Positions 19,344-29,258 of a DNA stretch of 64,000 bases are shown one piece after another (position 1 is the first letter of the stretch; each line of letters starts with the position of its first letter). The notes beneath the pieces are model-generated. The model was not told where the DNA came from. It ran no database searches and saw nothing but the letters and a program-made list of their open reading frames with translations. The translations under genes and the position numbers were made by a program. Source of the stretch: Acutalibacteraceae bacterium (lineage in GTDB: Bacteria; Bacillota_I; Bacilli_A; RFN20; CAG-449); NCBI GenBank assembly GCA_963610315.1, contig CAVDMV010000003.1:39146-103145 (forward strand). Reading direction: 5' to 3'.

Positions 19344-20579
19344 TTATTCTTCAACTAATGTTGCGAGTTTAGCTAAACGTTTAATTGTTTCAACTACTGA
19401 AATAACTGCTTGTTTAGAATCATAAACTTCACCTGCAAGAACTAAACGTGATTGCTTGTTGTAGAGTTTGAATTGATATTTAGCATTCTTATCTTTATAA
19501 ACATAGAATGAACCTTCATAAACTACAGTTCTAAATTTTTCTAATGCTTCTTTACATGAATCTTTTGATTGGTAAACTAAAGAAGTTGCAATTACTCTCT
19601 TATTAGCCGCGATTAATTGATAAACAAATCCATCGCCTTCTTCTTTAATAATATAAGTACCAGTATTTTCTTGTTCAATTTCAAATTCAACTTTTTCTAC
19701 TTCTGAATGATCTGCATCTTCGCTATCATCGACAACAATGTTTTCACTCTTTGCCCAACGTTTGTAAGATTCAATCGCATTTGTTGCGCTTGCTTTAGTT
19801 GAATAGTTCGCGGAAGTCGCTAAACATCTTCCTTGAGGAGTCATAACTCTAAATGAGAATAAACCATGTTTATCTTCAACAACATCACAACGAGATGTAT
19901 CAAGATTCTTCTTTAATGTTTCAATACCAGTTCTAACTGATTTTTCAGATGTGTATGGTTCAGAAACAATAATTACTTCACCATTAGATGCTTTTAATTT
20001 ATAACGATAATTTGGTCCTTCAGAAACGATGACATATTTACCTTTTACAGTATGTTCTTTTTCTTCATCTTCGTCATAAGATTCTTTTTCATCAGTTTTA
20101 ACTGCTGCAACAGGTGCTTCTTCTTCAGTCACTTCTTCTGCAGCTTCTTCTTTTTCTTCAGAAGGTTCTTCTACTTCTTCAGTTGGAGTTTCTTCAGTTG
20201 GTTCTTCAACTGGTGCTACTTCTTCAGTTGGTTCTTCTGTTTCTTTTGATTCTTCTACTTCTTCAGCTGGTGTTTCTTCTTCAGTAGCTTCTTCAGTTAC
20301 ATCTTCTTTTGCTTCTTCAGCTTCCTCTTCTGCAGCTTCTTCTTCAACTGCTTCAACAGGAGATTCTTCTGCAGCAGGTTCTTCAGCAGGTTCTTCTACT
20401 GGAGCTTCTTCTTTTGTTTCTTCAGTTTCTAAAGATTTTTCATAAGCTTTGCCTTTTTTTCTAACGACTACGCATAGAATAACAAGTAATACTAGGAAGA
20501 CCGCCGCACATACTGCAAATAAAATAACAAATTTGCTAGAAACGGTATTCGCTAATAAATTAATGAGATTACATTTCAT
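19344..20579 (-). CDS. membrane-anchored protein with acidic Glu-rich linker and four DUF1508 (YegP-like) repeats
   Basis: N-terminal TM helix; about 130 aa E/A/P/T-rich low-complexity region; C-terminal repeats (YRYKLKASNGEVIIVSEPYTSEKSVRTGIETL etc.) match the YegP pattern. Confidence 0.7.
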   Translation of the reverse strand: MKCNLINLLANTVSSKFVILFAVCAAVFLVLLVILCVVVRKKGKAYEKSLETEETKEEAPVEEPAEEPAAEESPVEAVEEEAAEEEAEEAKEDVTEEATEEETPAEEVEESKETEEPTEEVAPVEEPTEETPTEEVEEPSEEKEEAAEEVTEEEAPVAAVKTDEKESYDEDEEKEHTVKGKYVIVSEGPNYRYKLKASNGEVIIVSEPYTSEKSVRTGIETLKKNLDTSRCDVVEDKHGLFSFRVMTPQGRCLATSANYSTKASATNAIESYKRWAKSENIVVDDSEDADHSEVEKVEFEIEQENTGTYIIKEEGDGFVYQLIAANKRVIATSLVYQSKDSCKEALEKFRTVVYEGSFYVYKDKNAKYQFKLYNKQSRLVLAGEVYDSKQAVISVVETIKRLAKLATLVEE

Positions 20580-20740
20580 AAACTTTTTCCTCCAAAATTT
20601 AATATAAAAATATTTTACAAAAATTAAAGTAATCTTTAAAGATTATAACGAAAAATTTATTTATTTAAATAAATATTTTTTCATAAAAAATGAGCGATGT
20701 AAGATTTTTTATATTTTTTTCTAAAATTTTAAAATTTTTG

Positions 20741-20768
20741 TTGCAAAGTTATTTTACTGTGATATAAT
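20741..20768 (+). promoter_or_regulatory. sigma-A promoter of tRNA-Thr (-35 TTGCAA, 16-nt spacer, -10 TATAAT)
   Basis: Near-consensus hexamers about 20 nt upstream of the tRNA 5' end. Confidence 0.55.
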
Positions 20769-20788
20769 CTTACTTGCTTGAGGCAAAT

Positions 20789-20864
20789 GCCGACCTAGCT
20801 CAATTGGCAGAGCAACTGATTTGTAATCAGTAGGTTGCTGGTTCGATTCCGGTGGTCGGCACCA
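20789..20864 (+). tRNA. tRNA-Thr (anticodon UGU)
   Basis: Cloverleaf with 7-bp acceptor stem, anticodon loop TTTGTAA, encoded CCA; near-identical to Bacillus tRNA-Thr(UGU). Confidence 0.9.
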
Positions 20865-20875
20865 TTAAGTAGATT

Positions 20876-20905
20876 AAAGCTTTGATTAATTCAAAGCTTT
20901 TTTTG
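20876..20905 (+). terminator. Rho-independent terminator after tRNA-Thr
   Basis: AAAGCTTTGattaattCAAAGCTTT followed by TTTTT. Confidence 0.7.
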
Positions 20906-20939
20906 TACCTTAAATAAGCTACATTATAGGAGATAATAT

Positions 20940-21530
20940 ATGGATATCATAGATAGAATAAAAGAAAATAAAGGTTATAATTCATCGCACTGCGAAGAAT
21001 TAAGTTCTTATCAATTAAAAGCTAAAACGCTTTGTCAAAAATATAATATGACTTTACCCAATGAAACTGAAGTAAGAGAAGAAATTCTTCGTTCATTACT
21101 TGGAACTTACTCTCCTTGTGGCATTGAACCGACATTTCATTGTGATTATGGTTTTAATATTCATCTAAATGGTTTTGTCTTATTAAACTATAACTGCGTC
21201 ATCCTCGATACTTCTCCAGTTAATATTGGTCACATGGTCTTTATCGCTCCTAACTGTGTCATTGCTTGTTCAGGTCACGCAATTCATCCTGAGCAAAGAT
21301 GTAACGGTATTGGTACATCTAAGCCTATCACTATTGAAGATGGTGTTTGGATTGGTGCTTCTAGTACTATTTTAGGAGGAGTAACGATTGGTAAAAATTC
21401 TATAATTGCTGCAGGAAGCGTCGTAACTAAAGATATTCCTTCTAATGTCATTGCCGGAGGAGTACCTTGTAAAGTTATTAGAGAAATAACTGAAAAAGAT
21501 AAAATTGATCCTTCGAATATCGCATTCTAA
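20940..21530 (+). CDS. maa: sugar (maltose/galactoside) O-acetyltransferase, hexapeptide-repeat family
   Basis: Left-handed beta-helix hexapeptide repeats; 196 aa. Confidence 0.8.
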   Translation: MDIIDRIKENKGYNSSHCEELSSYQLKAKTLCQKYNMTLPNETEVREEILRSLLGTYSPCGIEPTFHCDYGFNIHLNGFVLLNYNCVILDTSPVNIGHMVFIAPNCVIACSGHAIHPEQRCNGIGTSKPITIEDGVWIGASSTILGGVTIGKNSIIAAGSVVTKDIPSNVIAGGVPCKVIREITEKDKIDPSNIAF

Positions 21531-21534
21531 AATA

Positions 21535-21560
21535 AAAAGAGAGCTAAGACTCTCTCTTTA
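21535..21560. terminator. bidirectional terminator between maa and gpsA
   Basis: AAGAGAGctaagactCTCTCTT hairpin flanked by an A-run and a T-run. Confidence 0.5.
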
Positions 21561-22548
21561 AATCTCTATTCATTAAGGAAATAATCTCCTCACGAGGAGA
21601 TTTTTTTTCGAATAGCACATGATAAACGCCAGCAACAATCGGCATTTCAACATGATATTCTTGACACGCTTTATATAAATAAGAGCACGCTTTAACTCCT
21701 TCAACAGTTTTAGAATTATTCTTCAATACTTCTGTTGCATCATTAGCTTGACCAATTGCATAACCAAAGCTAAAGTTTCTCGATTTAAAAGAAGTACAAG
21801 TCAAGAATAAATCTCCAATACCAGTTAAGCCTAAATATGTCTCTTTTTTTCCACCTTTATAAACACCAAACTTCGTCATTTCATGTAAGCCACGGGTAAT
21901 TAAAGCAGCTCTTGCATTATCTTGAAAGCCAAGGCCAGAACAAATACCACTGGCAATTGCAATAACATTTTTAATACACGCTCCATATTGAGCACCAATT
22001 TCATCATCGTTAGTATAAACTCTAAAATATTGATTAGAGAACATCTTTTGTACGATTTCTGCATAAGCTAAATTTTTACTAACCGCACTTATAAGGGTAA
22101 ATTCTTTATTCGCTACTTCTAAAGCAAAACTAGGTCCAATTAAAGTAACAACATCTTTATAAGAATATCCTTCTAAAGCTTTTTTTATTGTATCTGATAA
22201 AGGAGAGAAAGTTGTTCCATCTAATCCTTTAGCCACATTTATAATTAAAGTTTCCCCTAAAGAATATTCTTTAATTTGTTCACATACTGAAACTAAAGAA
22301 GAACTAGGTACGGCAAGAAGAATTACTTCTGGAAGAAAATCTTTTAAGCAATATGAAATAGAAGTAGTTGCTTTTAAAGATGAATTTAAGATTGTTTCAT
22401 TAAAGAATTTAGAATTTTTATGATTTAAATTAATATCATTTACTTCATTTTCATTAATACCATAGATTAATACTTCATGTTGGTTATCTGAAAGAACATT
22501 ACCTAAAGCAGTTCCCCAAGACCCACTTCCTAAAATCGCTACTTTCAT
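21544..22548 (-). CDS. gpsA: NAD(P)H-dependent glycerol-3-phosphate dehydrogenase
   Basis: N-terminal MKVAILGSGSWGTALG Rossmann motif; 334 aa. Confidence 0.9.
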   Translation of the reverse strand: MKVAILGSGSWGTALGNVLSDNQHEVLIYGINENEVNDINLNHKNSKFFNETILNSSLKATTSISYCLKDFLPEVILLAVPSSSLVSVCEQIKEYSLGETLIINVAKGLDGTTFSPLSDTIKKALEGYSYKDVVTLIGPSFALEVANKEFTLISAVSKNLAYAEIVQKMFSNQYFRVYTNDDEIGAQYGACIKNVIAIASGICSGLGFQDNARAALITRGLHEMTKFGVYKGGKKETYLGLTGIGDLFLTCTSFKSRNFSFGYAIGQANDATEVLKNNSKTVEGVKACSYLYKACQEYHVEMPIVAGVYHVLFEKKSPREEIISLMNRDLKRES

Positions 22549-24089
22549 AACTCCTCCTTAATAGATTTTTTTGTCTTGTGTAGATAAATGATCATATCAA
22601 TTACTAATATAATTAAAAATGGAATACTCACACCTAACATATCAATACCGACATCTTTAAATGATGGTCCTCTAGATCCGGCAAATATTTGAATAATTTC
22701 ACTACCTGAAGCAAGAATAAAACTTACTCCAATTGAGATAGGATAAGCGATATATTTCTTTTTAATAAACATTAAATAAGTTAATGTACCAAATAAACTC
22801 ATCGCCATAAATAAACCAAAGTGACCGACTAACTTTCTAACATAATATGAGAAAGTATCTAAATCACGAATATAAGGTTGTCTAGTGACATTTACTTTTA
22901 TTATTTTTTCTAAATGCTTAGAATCATAATCTAACGATATTTTAATATATGTTTCACCTTTTTCTAAAGTACGAATTAAACCATTATTATCAATGACTAA
23001 GATAGATGTATCGCCACTTTCATACTGAATATTTTTATAAGTAGCTTCTTCATTAAAAGAAATATTTAGTAATGCTGAATTTAATACGCTTAAAGATAAG
23101 GTATCATTATCTAATTTATTATTAATAATTATTTCACTAGGAAATACATCAAAAGTTGTTAAACTAGTTTTATATAAAACATTAGATGAACTACGAGAAA
23201 TAACTTCAAGATTTAAATTATCACTTGCTTTATAAATATATAATTTATCATCCTTAACTTCGCCATATTCATTATCAATTTTATAATATAAATCATATTT
23301 GTTTCCGTTAGTAGGTAAGAATGAATAATCTAAATTATAAACTCCATTAACATATAATTTTTCATTAAAAGAAGATAACTTATAAGAAGAAATTGCTTCA
23401 TTCTTCTTTTCACTACCTAACCTAAATTTTAATGTAATATTAATATTATCATTTAAATTAACATCCATTGAAAATTTAGTTATAGAATCGCCTAAATAGA
23501 AGGCACCATATTCATTTACATTAGTTAACGATGAAGTAAATTCTTTTTTATAGATATTAGTATCAGAAACTACATCAATATAATGATATGAAGAAGAACT
23601 GATAGCCATATTTTCAATATATTCATTTCCATCAATATAGATTTTATAATCTTTAATTTCAGGATAAACTACATTGATGTGTTTAACTAATTTAACATCC
23701 TTATTCGCATTAGAAGTAATAGTAATATCACATTCTCCTAAGGAATTAAATTCTAGAGTACCACTAGAAGAAATTGAAGCTACACCATTATCACTGCTAG
23801 AAAAAGATAAGCTCTTATTAGATGCATCACTAGGTAAAACATTTAAATTAAGTGTTACTTTTTCACCAAGATACATCTTATCTAAAGAAGAATTTAATTC
23901 AATATCACTTACATCAATATAAACATTATTTTCTCTAGTAATCTTATTTAAAACGTAAGAAAAAATGTTCACCACTTTATTAGATTCATTACTAGAAACA
24001 TTTCCATTAAACGAAGAATGAACAATAATTAATGTTGAACAAATGATATATAAAGCTAAACAAATGTATTTAAATATCTTCTTTTTCAT
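22545..24089 (-). CDS. secreted/membrane protein with Ig-like extracellular region and C-terminal VanZ-like domain
   Basis: Signal peptide; beta-rich repeats; C-terminal multi-TM region resembling VanZ; 4-nt overlap (ATGA) with gpsA. Confidence 0.55.
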   Translation of the reverse strand: MKKKIFKYICLALYIICSTLIIVHSSFNGNVSSNESNKVVNIFSYVLNKITRENNVYIDVSDIELNSSLDKMYLGEKVTLNLNVLPSDASNKSLSFSSSDNGVASISSSGTLEFNSLGECDITITSNANKDVKLVKHINVVYPEIKDYKIYIDGNEYIENMAISSSSYHYIDVVSDTNIYKKEFTSSLTNVNEYGAFYLGDSITKFSMDVNLNDNINITLKFRLGSEKKNEAISSYKLSSFNEKLYVNGVYNLDYSFLPTNGNKYDLYYKIDNEYGEVKDDKLYIYKASDNLNLEVISRSSSNVLYKTSLTTFDVFPSEIIINNKLDNDTLSLSVLNSALLNISFNEEATYKNIQYESGDTSILVIDNNGLIRTLEKGETYIKISLDYDSKHLEKIIKVNVTRQPYIRDLDTFSYYVRKLVGHFGLFMAMSLFGTLTYLMFIKKKYIAYPISIGVSFILASGSEIIQIFAGSRGPSFKDVGIDMLGVSIPFLIILVIDMIIYLHKTKKSIKEEL

Positions 24090-24204
24090 TCATTATCCTC
24101 ACTTTTAAAAAGTATAGCACTAAAAAAAAGAAATATCATTTATTAAAAATAATTCTAACCACTTTTTAAAAATTAGTTTACAATAAATACAAGAAAGGGG
24201 CCAT

Positions 24205-24414
24205 ATGGAGAAAATATCAAGTTTAGAATTAATTATCTCTTTTTTAAAAGAGGGTCATATAGTTACATATAAACCTTATAATAATCCTAGGAACTTTCTA
24301 ATTTTAAAAGAGGACAAAAAGATTAAGGTCTTTAATGATCATCTTTCTTATTTTATTTCTGAAAGTGACCTTAAAGAATTAGCTAATCTCTTTGAATTCT
24401 ATTTATATAACTAA
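24205..24414 (+). CDS. small hypothetical protein (69 aa) upstream of upp
   Basis: AAAGGGG RBS 7 nt before the ATG; no homolog recognised. Confidence 0.3.
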   Translation: MEKISSLELIISFLKEGHIVTYKPYNNPRNFLILKEDKKIKVFNDHLSYFISESDLKELANLFEFYLYN

Positions 24415-24432
24415 TAACATCAGGAGGTTAAT

Positions 24433-25059
24433 ATGTTAAAAGTTTGTAATCACCCATTAATTGAAGTTAAATTAAACCACATGAGAGACGAAAATACACG
24501 TCCAAAGGAATTTAGAGAAGCATTAGATGAAATTGCATCTTTAATGACTTATGAAGTATTTAGAGATTTAGAAGTAATTGATTGTGATAAAACTATTACA
24601 ACTCCAACTAGCGCAGTTCTACCAAAGAAGAAGATTAAACAAAATTTAATCATCGCACCTATCTTACGTGCAGGGCTTGGTATGGTTGAAGGCGTTAGAA
24701 ATATGGTTCCAACCGCAAGAATTGGCCATATTGGTATGTTTAGAAACGAAGAAACATTAGAACCACAAGAATACTATTTCAAACTTCCTGAAGTAGAAAA
24801 CCCATTAGTTCTTATTTGTGATCCAATGCTTGCGACAGGTGGAAGCGCGAATGCAGCTATCGCAGCTGTCAAGAAAAGAGGCTATAACAACATTAGATTA
24901 ATGTGTTTAGTCGGTGTTCCTGAAGGAATTACTGCTGTACAAAAAGCTCATCCAGATGTTGATATCTATATCGCGGCAGTTGATGATCACTTAAATGAAA
25001 AAGGTTATATTTTACCAGGCCTTGGTGATGCTGGCGATAGAATCTTTGGAACTAAGTAA
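24433..25059 (+). CDS. upp: uracil phosphoribosyltransferase
   Basis: Conserved Upp blocks PILRAGLGM and [13 protein letters not shown]; 208 aa; GGAGG RBS. Confidence 0.92.
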   Translation: MLKVCNHPLIEVKLNHMRDENTRPKEFREALDEIASLMTYEVFRDLEVIDCDKTITTPTSAVLPKKKIKQNLIIAPILRAGLGMVEGVRNMVPTARIGHIGMFRNEETLEPQEYYFKLPEVENPLVLICDPMLATGGSANAAIAAVKKRGYNNIRLMCLVGVPEGITAVQKAHPDVDIYIAAVDDHLNEKGYILPGLGDAGDRIFGTK

Positions 25060-25070
25060 TATACATTTTA

Positions 25071-25093
25071 AGCGAGGTCTCCTCGCTTTTTTG
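25071..25093 (+). terminator. Rho-independent terminator after upp
   Basis: AGCGAGGtctCCTCGCT followed by TTTTTT. Confidence 0.75.
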
Positions 25094-25101
25094 TTGCAAA
25101 G

Positions 25102-25127
25102 AAAAAAACCTAGGATTACCTAGGTTA
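25102..25127 (-). terminator. Rho-independent terminator at the end of the minus-strand FAS operon
   Basis: AACCTAGGtaatCCTAGGTT followed by TTTTTTT on the minus strand. Confidence 0.7.
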
Positions 25128-25132
25128 AGTTA

Positions 25133-25957
25133 TTAAATTTGATTATTTTCTTTTGCGAGTAACATTTCTTTTAATTGGATAGAATCTAAGATTAATTTAA
25201 CAAGTTTTTCTAATGGAGAATTAGATTTAAAATCCGATCTACATGCATAGTTAACTCTATTATCTTGTAATAATTGAATAGATATATCCTTTTTATTTTG
25301 AGGATAGACAGCAATTGCAGTTCCACCTTTTTCTTTAACTAAAGTCATCGCAGGAATATCTGTCATTCCGTCACCAATATAAATCATATTTCTAAATTGA
25401 ACATGTTTAGTTTCAATTCTTTGGTTAACAGTTTTATCATCAGAGATATTCATTGCCCCTTTATTAATTCTAAATAAATATTGAGTTTTTAAAGTATAAT
25501 TAACAATGGTCTTTGGCCAATATGCTTCACCATATTGATCATAAAGGAATTCACATCCATAAACTTGTTTGAATTCTTTATAGATTGAACTACCTTCAAT
25601 AATTTCTTTATTACCAGAAGAAATAATATAGTGTTCAACGTTAATACCATGTTCATCACCATATTGATTTATTCTTTTAAACCAGGTAGTAACACCTTCA
25701 TAAAATTTAACATCTTTACCTAAAGAATTTAAATATTCTCTAGTTAATTTAATCTTCTTCTTGTTGCATTCTTCAATCATCACTCTTAAATAAGATAAGA
25801 TTGATTCAACTCCAGTATTCTTTGATAAACTATCAGTTTTACTCCAGAATTCTTCTGGTGTTAAACCTAAATTTGGGATAAAAGAAAATGATTGCATATC
25901 ATTAGTTGCAAGTGTTTTATCAAAGTCATAGCATATTGCGACAGTAATTTTTTCCAT
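25133..25957 (-). CDS. HAD-superfamily hydrolase/phosphatase
   Basis: N-terminal DFDKTL motif and C-terminal IGDGMTDIPAM; 274 aa. Confidence 0.6.
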   Translation of the reverse strand: MEKITVAICYDFDKTLATNDMQSFSFIPNLGLTPEEFWSKTDSLSKNTGVESILSYLRVMIEECNKKKIKLTREYLNSLGKDVKFYEGVTTWFKRINQYGDEHGINVEHYIISSGNKEIIEGSSIYKEFKQVYGCEFLYDQYGEAYWPKTIVNYTLKTQYLFRINKGAMNISDDKTVNQRIETKHVQFRNMIYIGDGMTDIPAMTLVKEKGGTAIAVYPQNKKDISIQLLQDNRVNYACRSDFKSNSPLEKLVKLILDSIQLKEMLLAKENNQI

Positions 25958-26018
25958 AAGTGTCCTCCTAGAAAATTAATTATACTATCTTTTAATAAAA
26001 ATAGCAAATCACGTAATT

Positions 26019-26720
26019 TTAACGATATCTAATCACTGCTTTAGAAGAAATAGAACCATTATTTTTTAAGATGTTAAAGACGATTTGATAATCATCTTCT
26101 TGATAGATAGTAGTTATCTCTTCATCTTCAATAACTTCAGAAATAAAATTAATTTCAAATTCATAAATATCTAAAGAAAGATAATATTCACTCTTTAATG
26201 CATTTAAATAATATCGAACATAACTAACATTATTTAAATGATGTGAATAATCAATATCACTTGAATAGACTTTATGAATTAATTCATTTTGTCTTTCAAT
26301 TTGAGGAATACGAGAATAAATTCTAATTTTTGGAAGTAAACTATCTTCTTTTAAAGAGAGAAATTCTAAAGAAACAGATTCTCTAGTAACATAATTAATT
26401 CCACATATCTCTGTAAACGAAGTAACTACTTCTTCATCATTTAATATAACATTAGTTTCTAAAATAAATGACATGAGATTAACTTTAACTAAATGTACTT
26501 TAAAATCTAAGATATCATTTAATTTAGGCATCTTCTCTATCACAAGTTTATTTCTTAATACTACTAAAATTATGTTATATTGAGGCTTTAAATATTCATT
26601 ATTTAAATGATGTTCTTCTAAATATTCAGTCGTTACATCTTCAATTAAAGAACTTAAAGAGATGAGATTTAATTTAAAAGAAGCATCAACTTCAGAATAT
26701 CTTACTTTAATCTTTTCCAT
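26019..26720 (-). CDS. acyl-ACP thioesterase (FatA-like, double hotdog)
   Basis: N-terminal KVRYSEVD pattern typical of acyl-ACP thioesterases; about 235 aa; start at MEKIK after GGAGG. Confidence 0.65.
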   Translation of the reverse strand: MEKIKVRYSEVDASFKLNLISLSSLIEDVTTEYLEEHHLNNEYLKPQYNIILVVLRNKLVIEKMPKLNDILDFKVHLVKVNLMSFILETNVILNDEEVVTSFTEICGINYVTRESVSLEFLSLKEDSLLPKIRIYSRIPQIERQNELIHKVYSSDIDYSHHLNNVSYVRYYLNALKSEYYLSLDIYEFEINFISEVIEDEEITTIYQEDDYQIVFNILKNNGSISSKAVIRYR

Positions 26721-27423
26721 TAATACCTCCAACTAAACTCTTCTTAATATTAATTTCATTTGAATTAATAATATGTTTTTCATTGTTATTACCTATCACA
26801 ACTAAATAGCCTTCTTTAGTAAAATCAATTACTTTATAAAGATTACCTTCATGAATAATTTCTCTATTCATAATGATATTGTTATTGCGATAAATAACCA
26901 TTAATTCATCAATATTCTTATTTAATAAGTAATCAAATTCAATTAGAACTTCATCTAACAAAGTTAATTTACTAATATTAATAAATTCATTAATTCCAGT
27001 TGCATTAAATTCTTTATTAGCTTTTAAATTGATTCCAATACCGAGAACGATATATTCTAGTTCACTTCCTAAATAAGAAGATTCAGCAAGAATCCCACAT
27101 ATTTTTTGGTCATCTACGTATATATCATTAGGCCATTTAATAAGTGCGTTAATACCATGTTTTCTTAAAACATTCATAATAACTAAAGAAGAAATAATTT
27201 CATAACGAGCGTCTTCTTTAAAAATAAATGAAAATGGTAAGCAATTAGATGAATCCCAAGTATGAGTCATTCTTCCTTTTCCTGCAGTTTGATTATCAGT
27301 ATAAAGAACACTCCTAGAGGTTAACTCAGAGGAGTGTTCTTTTAAATACGTATTTGTAGAATTAACTTCATCGATATAATAAAGATCAAAAGAAGCGACT
27401 TTTTTCTTAAATACGATATCCAT
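26707..27423 (-). CDS. birA: biotin-[acetyl-CoA-carboxylase] ligase, catalytic-only (no HTH domain)
   Basis: QTAGKGRMTHTW motif matches the BirA GRGRRGR biotin-binding loop; 238 aa. Confidence 0.75.
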   Translation of the reverse strand: MDIVFKKKVASFDLYYIDEVNSTNTYLKEHSSELTSRSVLYTDNQTAGKGRMTHTWDSSNCLPFSFIFKEDARYEIISSLVIMNVLRKHGINALIKWPNDIYVDDQKICGILAESSYLGSELEYIVLGIGINLKANKEFNATGINEFINISKLTLLDEVLIEFDYLLNKNIDELMVIYRNNNIIMNREIIHEGNLYKVIDFTKEGYLVVIGNNNEKHIINSNEINIKKSLVGGINGKD

Positions 27424-27424
27424 C

Positions 27425-28330
27425 TTATTTGCCTAATTTTGAAACTATATCTAAATAGCCATTGTAGTCAGAGACATTATAAATAGTCGCGGTAGGACTA
27501 ATCTTTCTAATAAAGCCTGTTAAAGCTTTGCCAGGACCGATTTCAACAAATGTATCAACACCTTGTTCAAGAAGATATTTAACTGAATCTTCAAAATAAA
27601 CGCTGTGACAGATTTGATCTTTTAAAATGTCATTTAATGGACGAGTTTCTTCTTTACCTGATACGTTATAAACAATTCTATAAGTAGGAGTAGCAGGAAC
27701 AAAACGATCTAAAACTTCTTTTAATTCGATTGAAGCATTATTTAATAATGATGAATGGAAAGCACCTGAAACATTTAATGGAATCGCTCTCCTAGCTTTT
27801 GCTTCTAAAAGGAGTTCACAAGCTTTATCAACTGCTTCATTAGTACCAGTAATAACAATTTGTCCTGGACAGTTATAGTTTGCAATTTCTACTACACCAG
27901 TATCAACTTTCTTTAAAGTTTCTAAGATAGTATTTCGATCTAAACCGATAATAGCGGCCATCTTTGTTGTTCCTAAAGGTAAAGCATTTTGCATAATTCT
28001 ACCTCTATTAGAAATAATTTCGATGGCATCTTCAATCTTCCAAGCATTCGCAAAAGCTAAAGCACTATATTCACCTAAAGAAAGTCCGCAGGCAAATTCA
28101 GGAACAATTCCTTTTTCTTCTAATGCCTTTGCAATTGCAAAAGAAGTAAGTAACATTGCTTTTTGAGCGTAAGCAGTTTGATTTAATAATTCATTTTCGT
28201 TGAAACATAAGTCTTTAATTTCAGGGAAAGCATCATAAATCTTTTTTACTAAATCTAAATTTTCATAAAAGTCTTTACCCATTCCAATATATTGGGCGCC
28301 TTGACCTGCAAAACAAAATGCAATTTTCAT
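27425..28330 (-). CDS. fabD: malonyl-CoA:ACP transacylase
   Basis: AGQGAQ and GLSLGEYSA active-site motifs; 301 aa. Confidence 0.9.
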   Translation of the reverse strand: MKIAFCFAGQGAQYIGMGKDFYENLDLVKKIYDAFPEIKDLCFNENELLNQTAYAQKAMLLTSFAIAKALEEKGIVPEFACGLSLGEYSALAFANAWKIEDAIEIISNRGRIMQNALPLGTTKMAAIIGLDRNTILETLKKVDTGVVEIANYNCPGQIVITGTNEAVDKACELLLEAKARRAIPLNVSGAFHSSLLNNASIELKEVLDRFVPATPTYRIVYNVSGKEETRPLNDILKDQICHSVYFEDSVKYLLEQGVDTFVEIGPGKALTGFIRKISPTATIYNVSDYNGYLDIVSKLGK

Positions 28331-28342
28331 AAGTCAACCTTT

Positions 28343-29257
28343 CTAACCGATATTACGGTATTTGTTAAATCTGTTATTTAATAATTCGTCTTTACTTAAT
28401 GCAGTTAATTCATCAAGTTTTGCGACGAGTTTTTCTTTAATTTGATTACCATATTCTTTAGAAATATAAGTAACACCTCCAAGAGGTTCTTTAATTACTT
28501 CATCGATAATTTTAAGTTCTAATAAATCCTTACTAGTCATCTTCATAATTTCGCATACATCTTCAACTTTAACGCTGTTTTTAAATAAAATTGAAGCAAA
28601 TCCTTCAGGTGAAAGAACTGAATATATCGCGTTTTCAAACATGTAAATATAATCTGAAACAGTGAGAGCTAACGCGCCTCCTGATCCTCCTTCAGATAGA
28701 ACAACTGCGATAACTGGTACTTTTAATGAAGCAAATTCCATGAGGTTATTTGCAATCGCGCGAGCTTGGCCTCTTTCTTCTGCCCCTTTTCCTGGATATG
28801 CGCCAGAAGTATCAACAATAGTAATAATAGGGCGATTAAATTTTTCTGCTTGATGCGCGAGTCTTAAAGTTTTTCTAAAACCTTCTGGAGAAGTCATACC
28901 AAAGTTTCTTTTAATATTTTCTTTAGTATTTGTTCCTTTAGCTTCAGCTAGAACTGTAACAGGATATTTACCTAGATAACCAACACCAGCAATAATTGCT
29001 GCATCATCACCATAATATTGATCACCGTGTAATTCATAAAAATCATCAATTAAAGCATTAATTAAAGCTTTCGCTTTAACTCTTTTTTCACTACGAGCGA
29101 TATTTACTCTATCATAAGCACTTAAAGAAGAATAAGTTTCAATTAATAAATTCTTTAATTCTTGCTTTAATTCTTCATATTCTTTATCTTGTGGATCAAG
29201 GTTAACAATTTGCTCTTTTAATTGAGCTATTTTTAATTCATTCTCTTCAAGTATCAT
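28343..29257 (-). CDS. accA: acetyl-CoA carboxylase carboxyltransferase alpha subunit
   Basis: Crotonase-fold CT domain; 304 aa; gene order accD-accA. Confidence 0.9.
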   Translation of the reverse strand: MILEENELKIAQLKEQIVNLDPQDKEYEELKQELKNLLIETYSSLSAYDRVNIARSEKRVKAKALINALIDDFYELHGDQYYGDDAAIIAGVGYLGKYPVTVLAEAKGTNTKENIKRNFGMTSPEGFRKTLRLAHQAEKFNRPIITIVDTSGAYPGKGAEERGQARAIANNLMEFASLKVPVIAVVLSEGGSGGALALTVSDYIYMFENAIYSVLSPEGFASILFKNSVKVEDVCEIMKMTSKDLLELKIIDEVIKEPLGGVTYISKEYGNQIKEKLVAKLDELTALSKDELLNNRFNKYRNIG

Positions 29258-29258
29258 A

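Noticed and set aside
20100-20420. Apparent DNA repeats (GAAGAA, TTCTTCAGTTGG)
   Set aside because: They are the coding consequence of the Glu-rich low-complexity linker of the DUF1508 protein, not a CRISPR array or mobile repeat; repeat units are irregular with no spacers.
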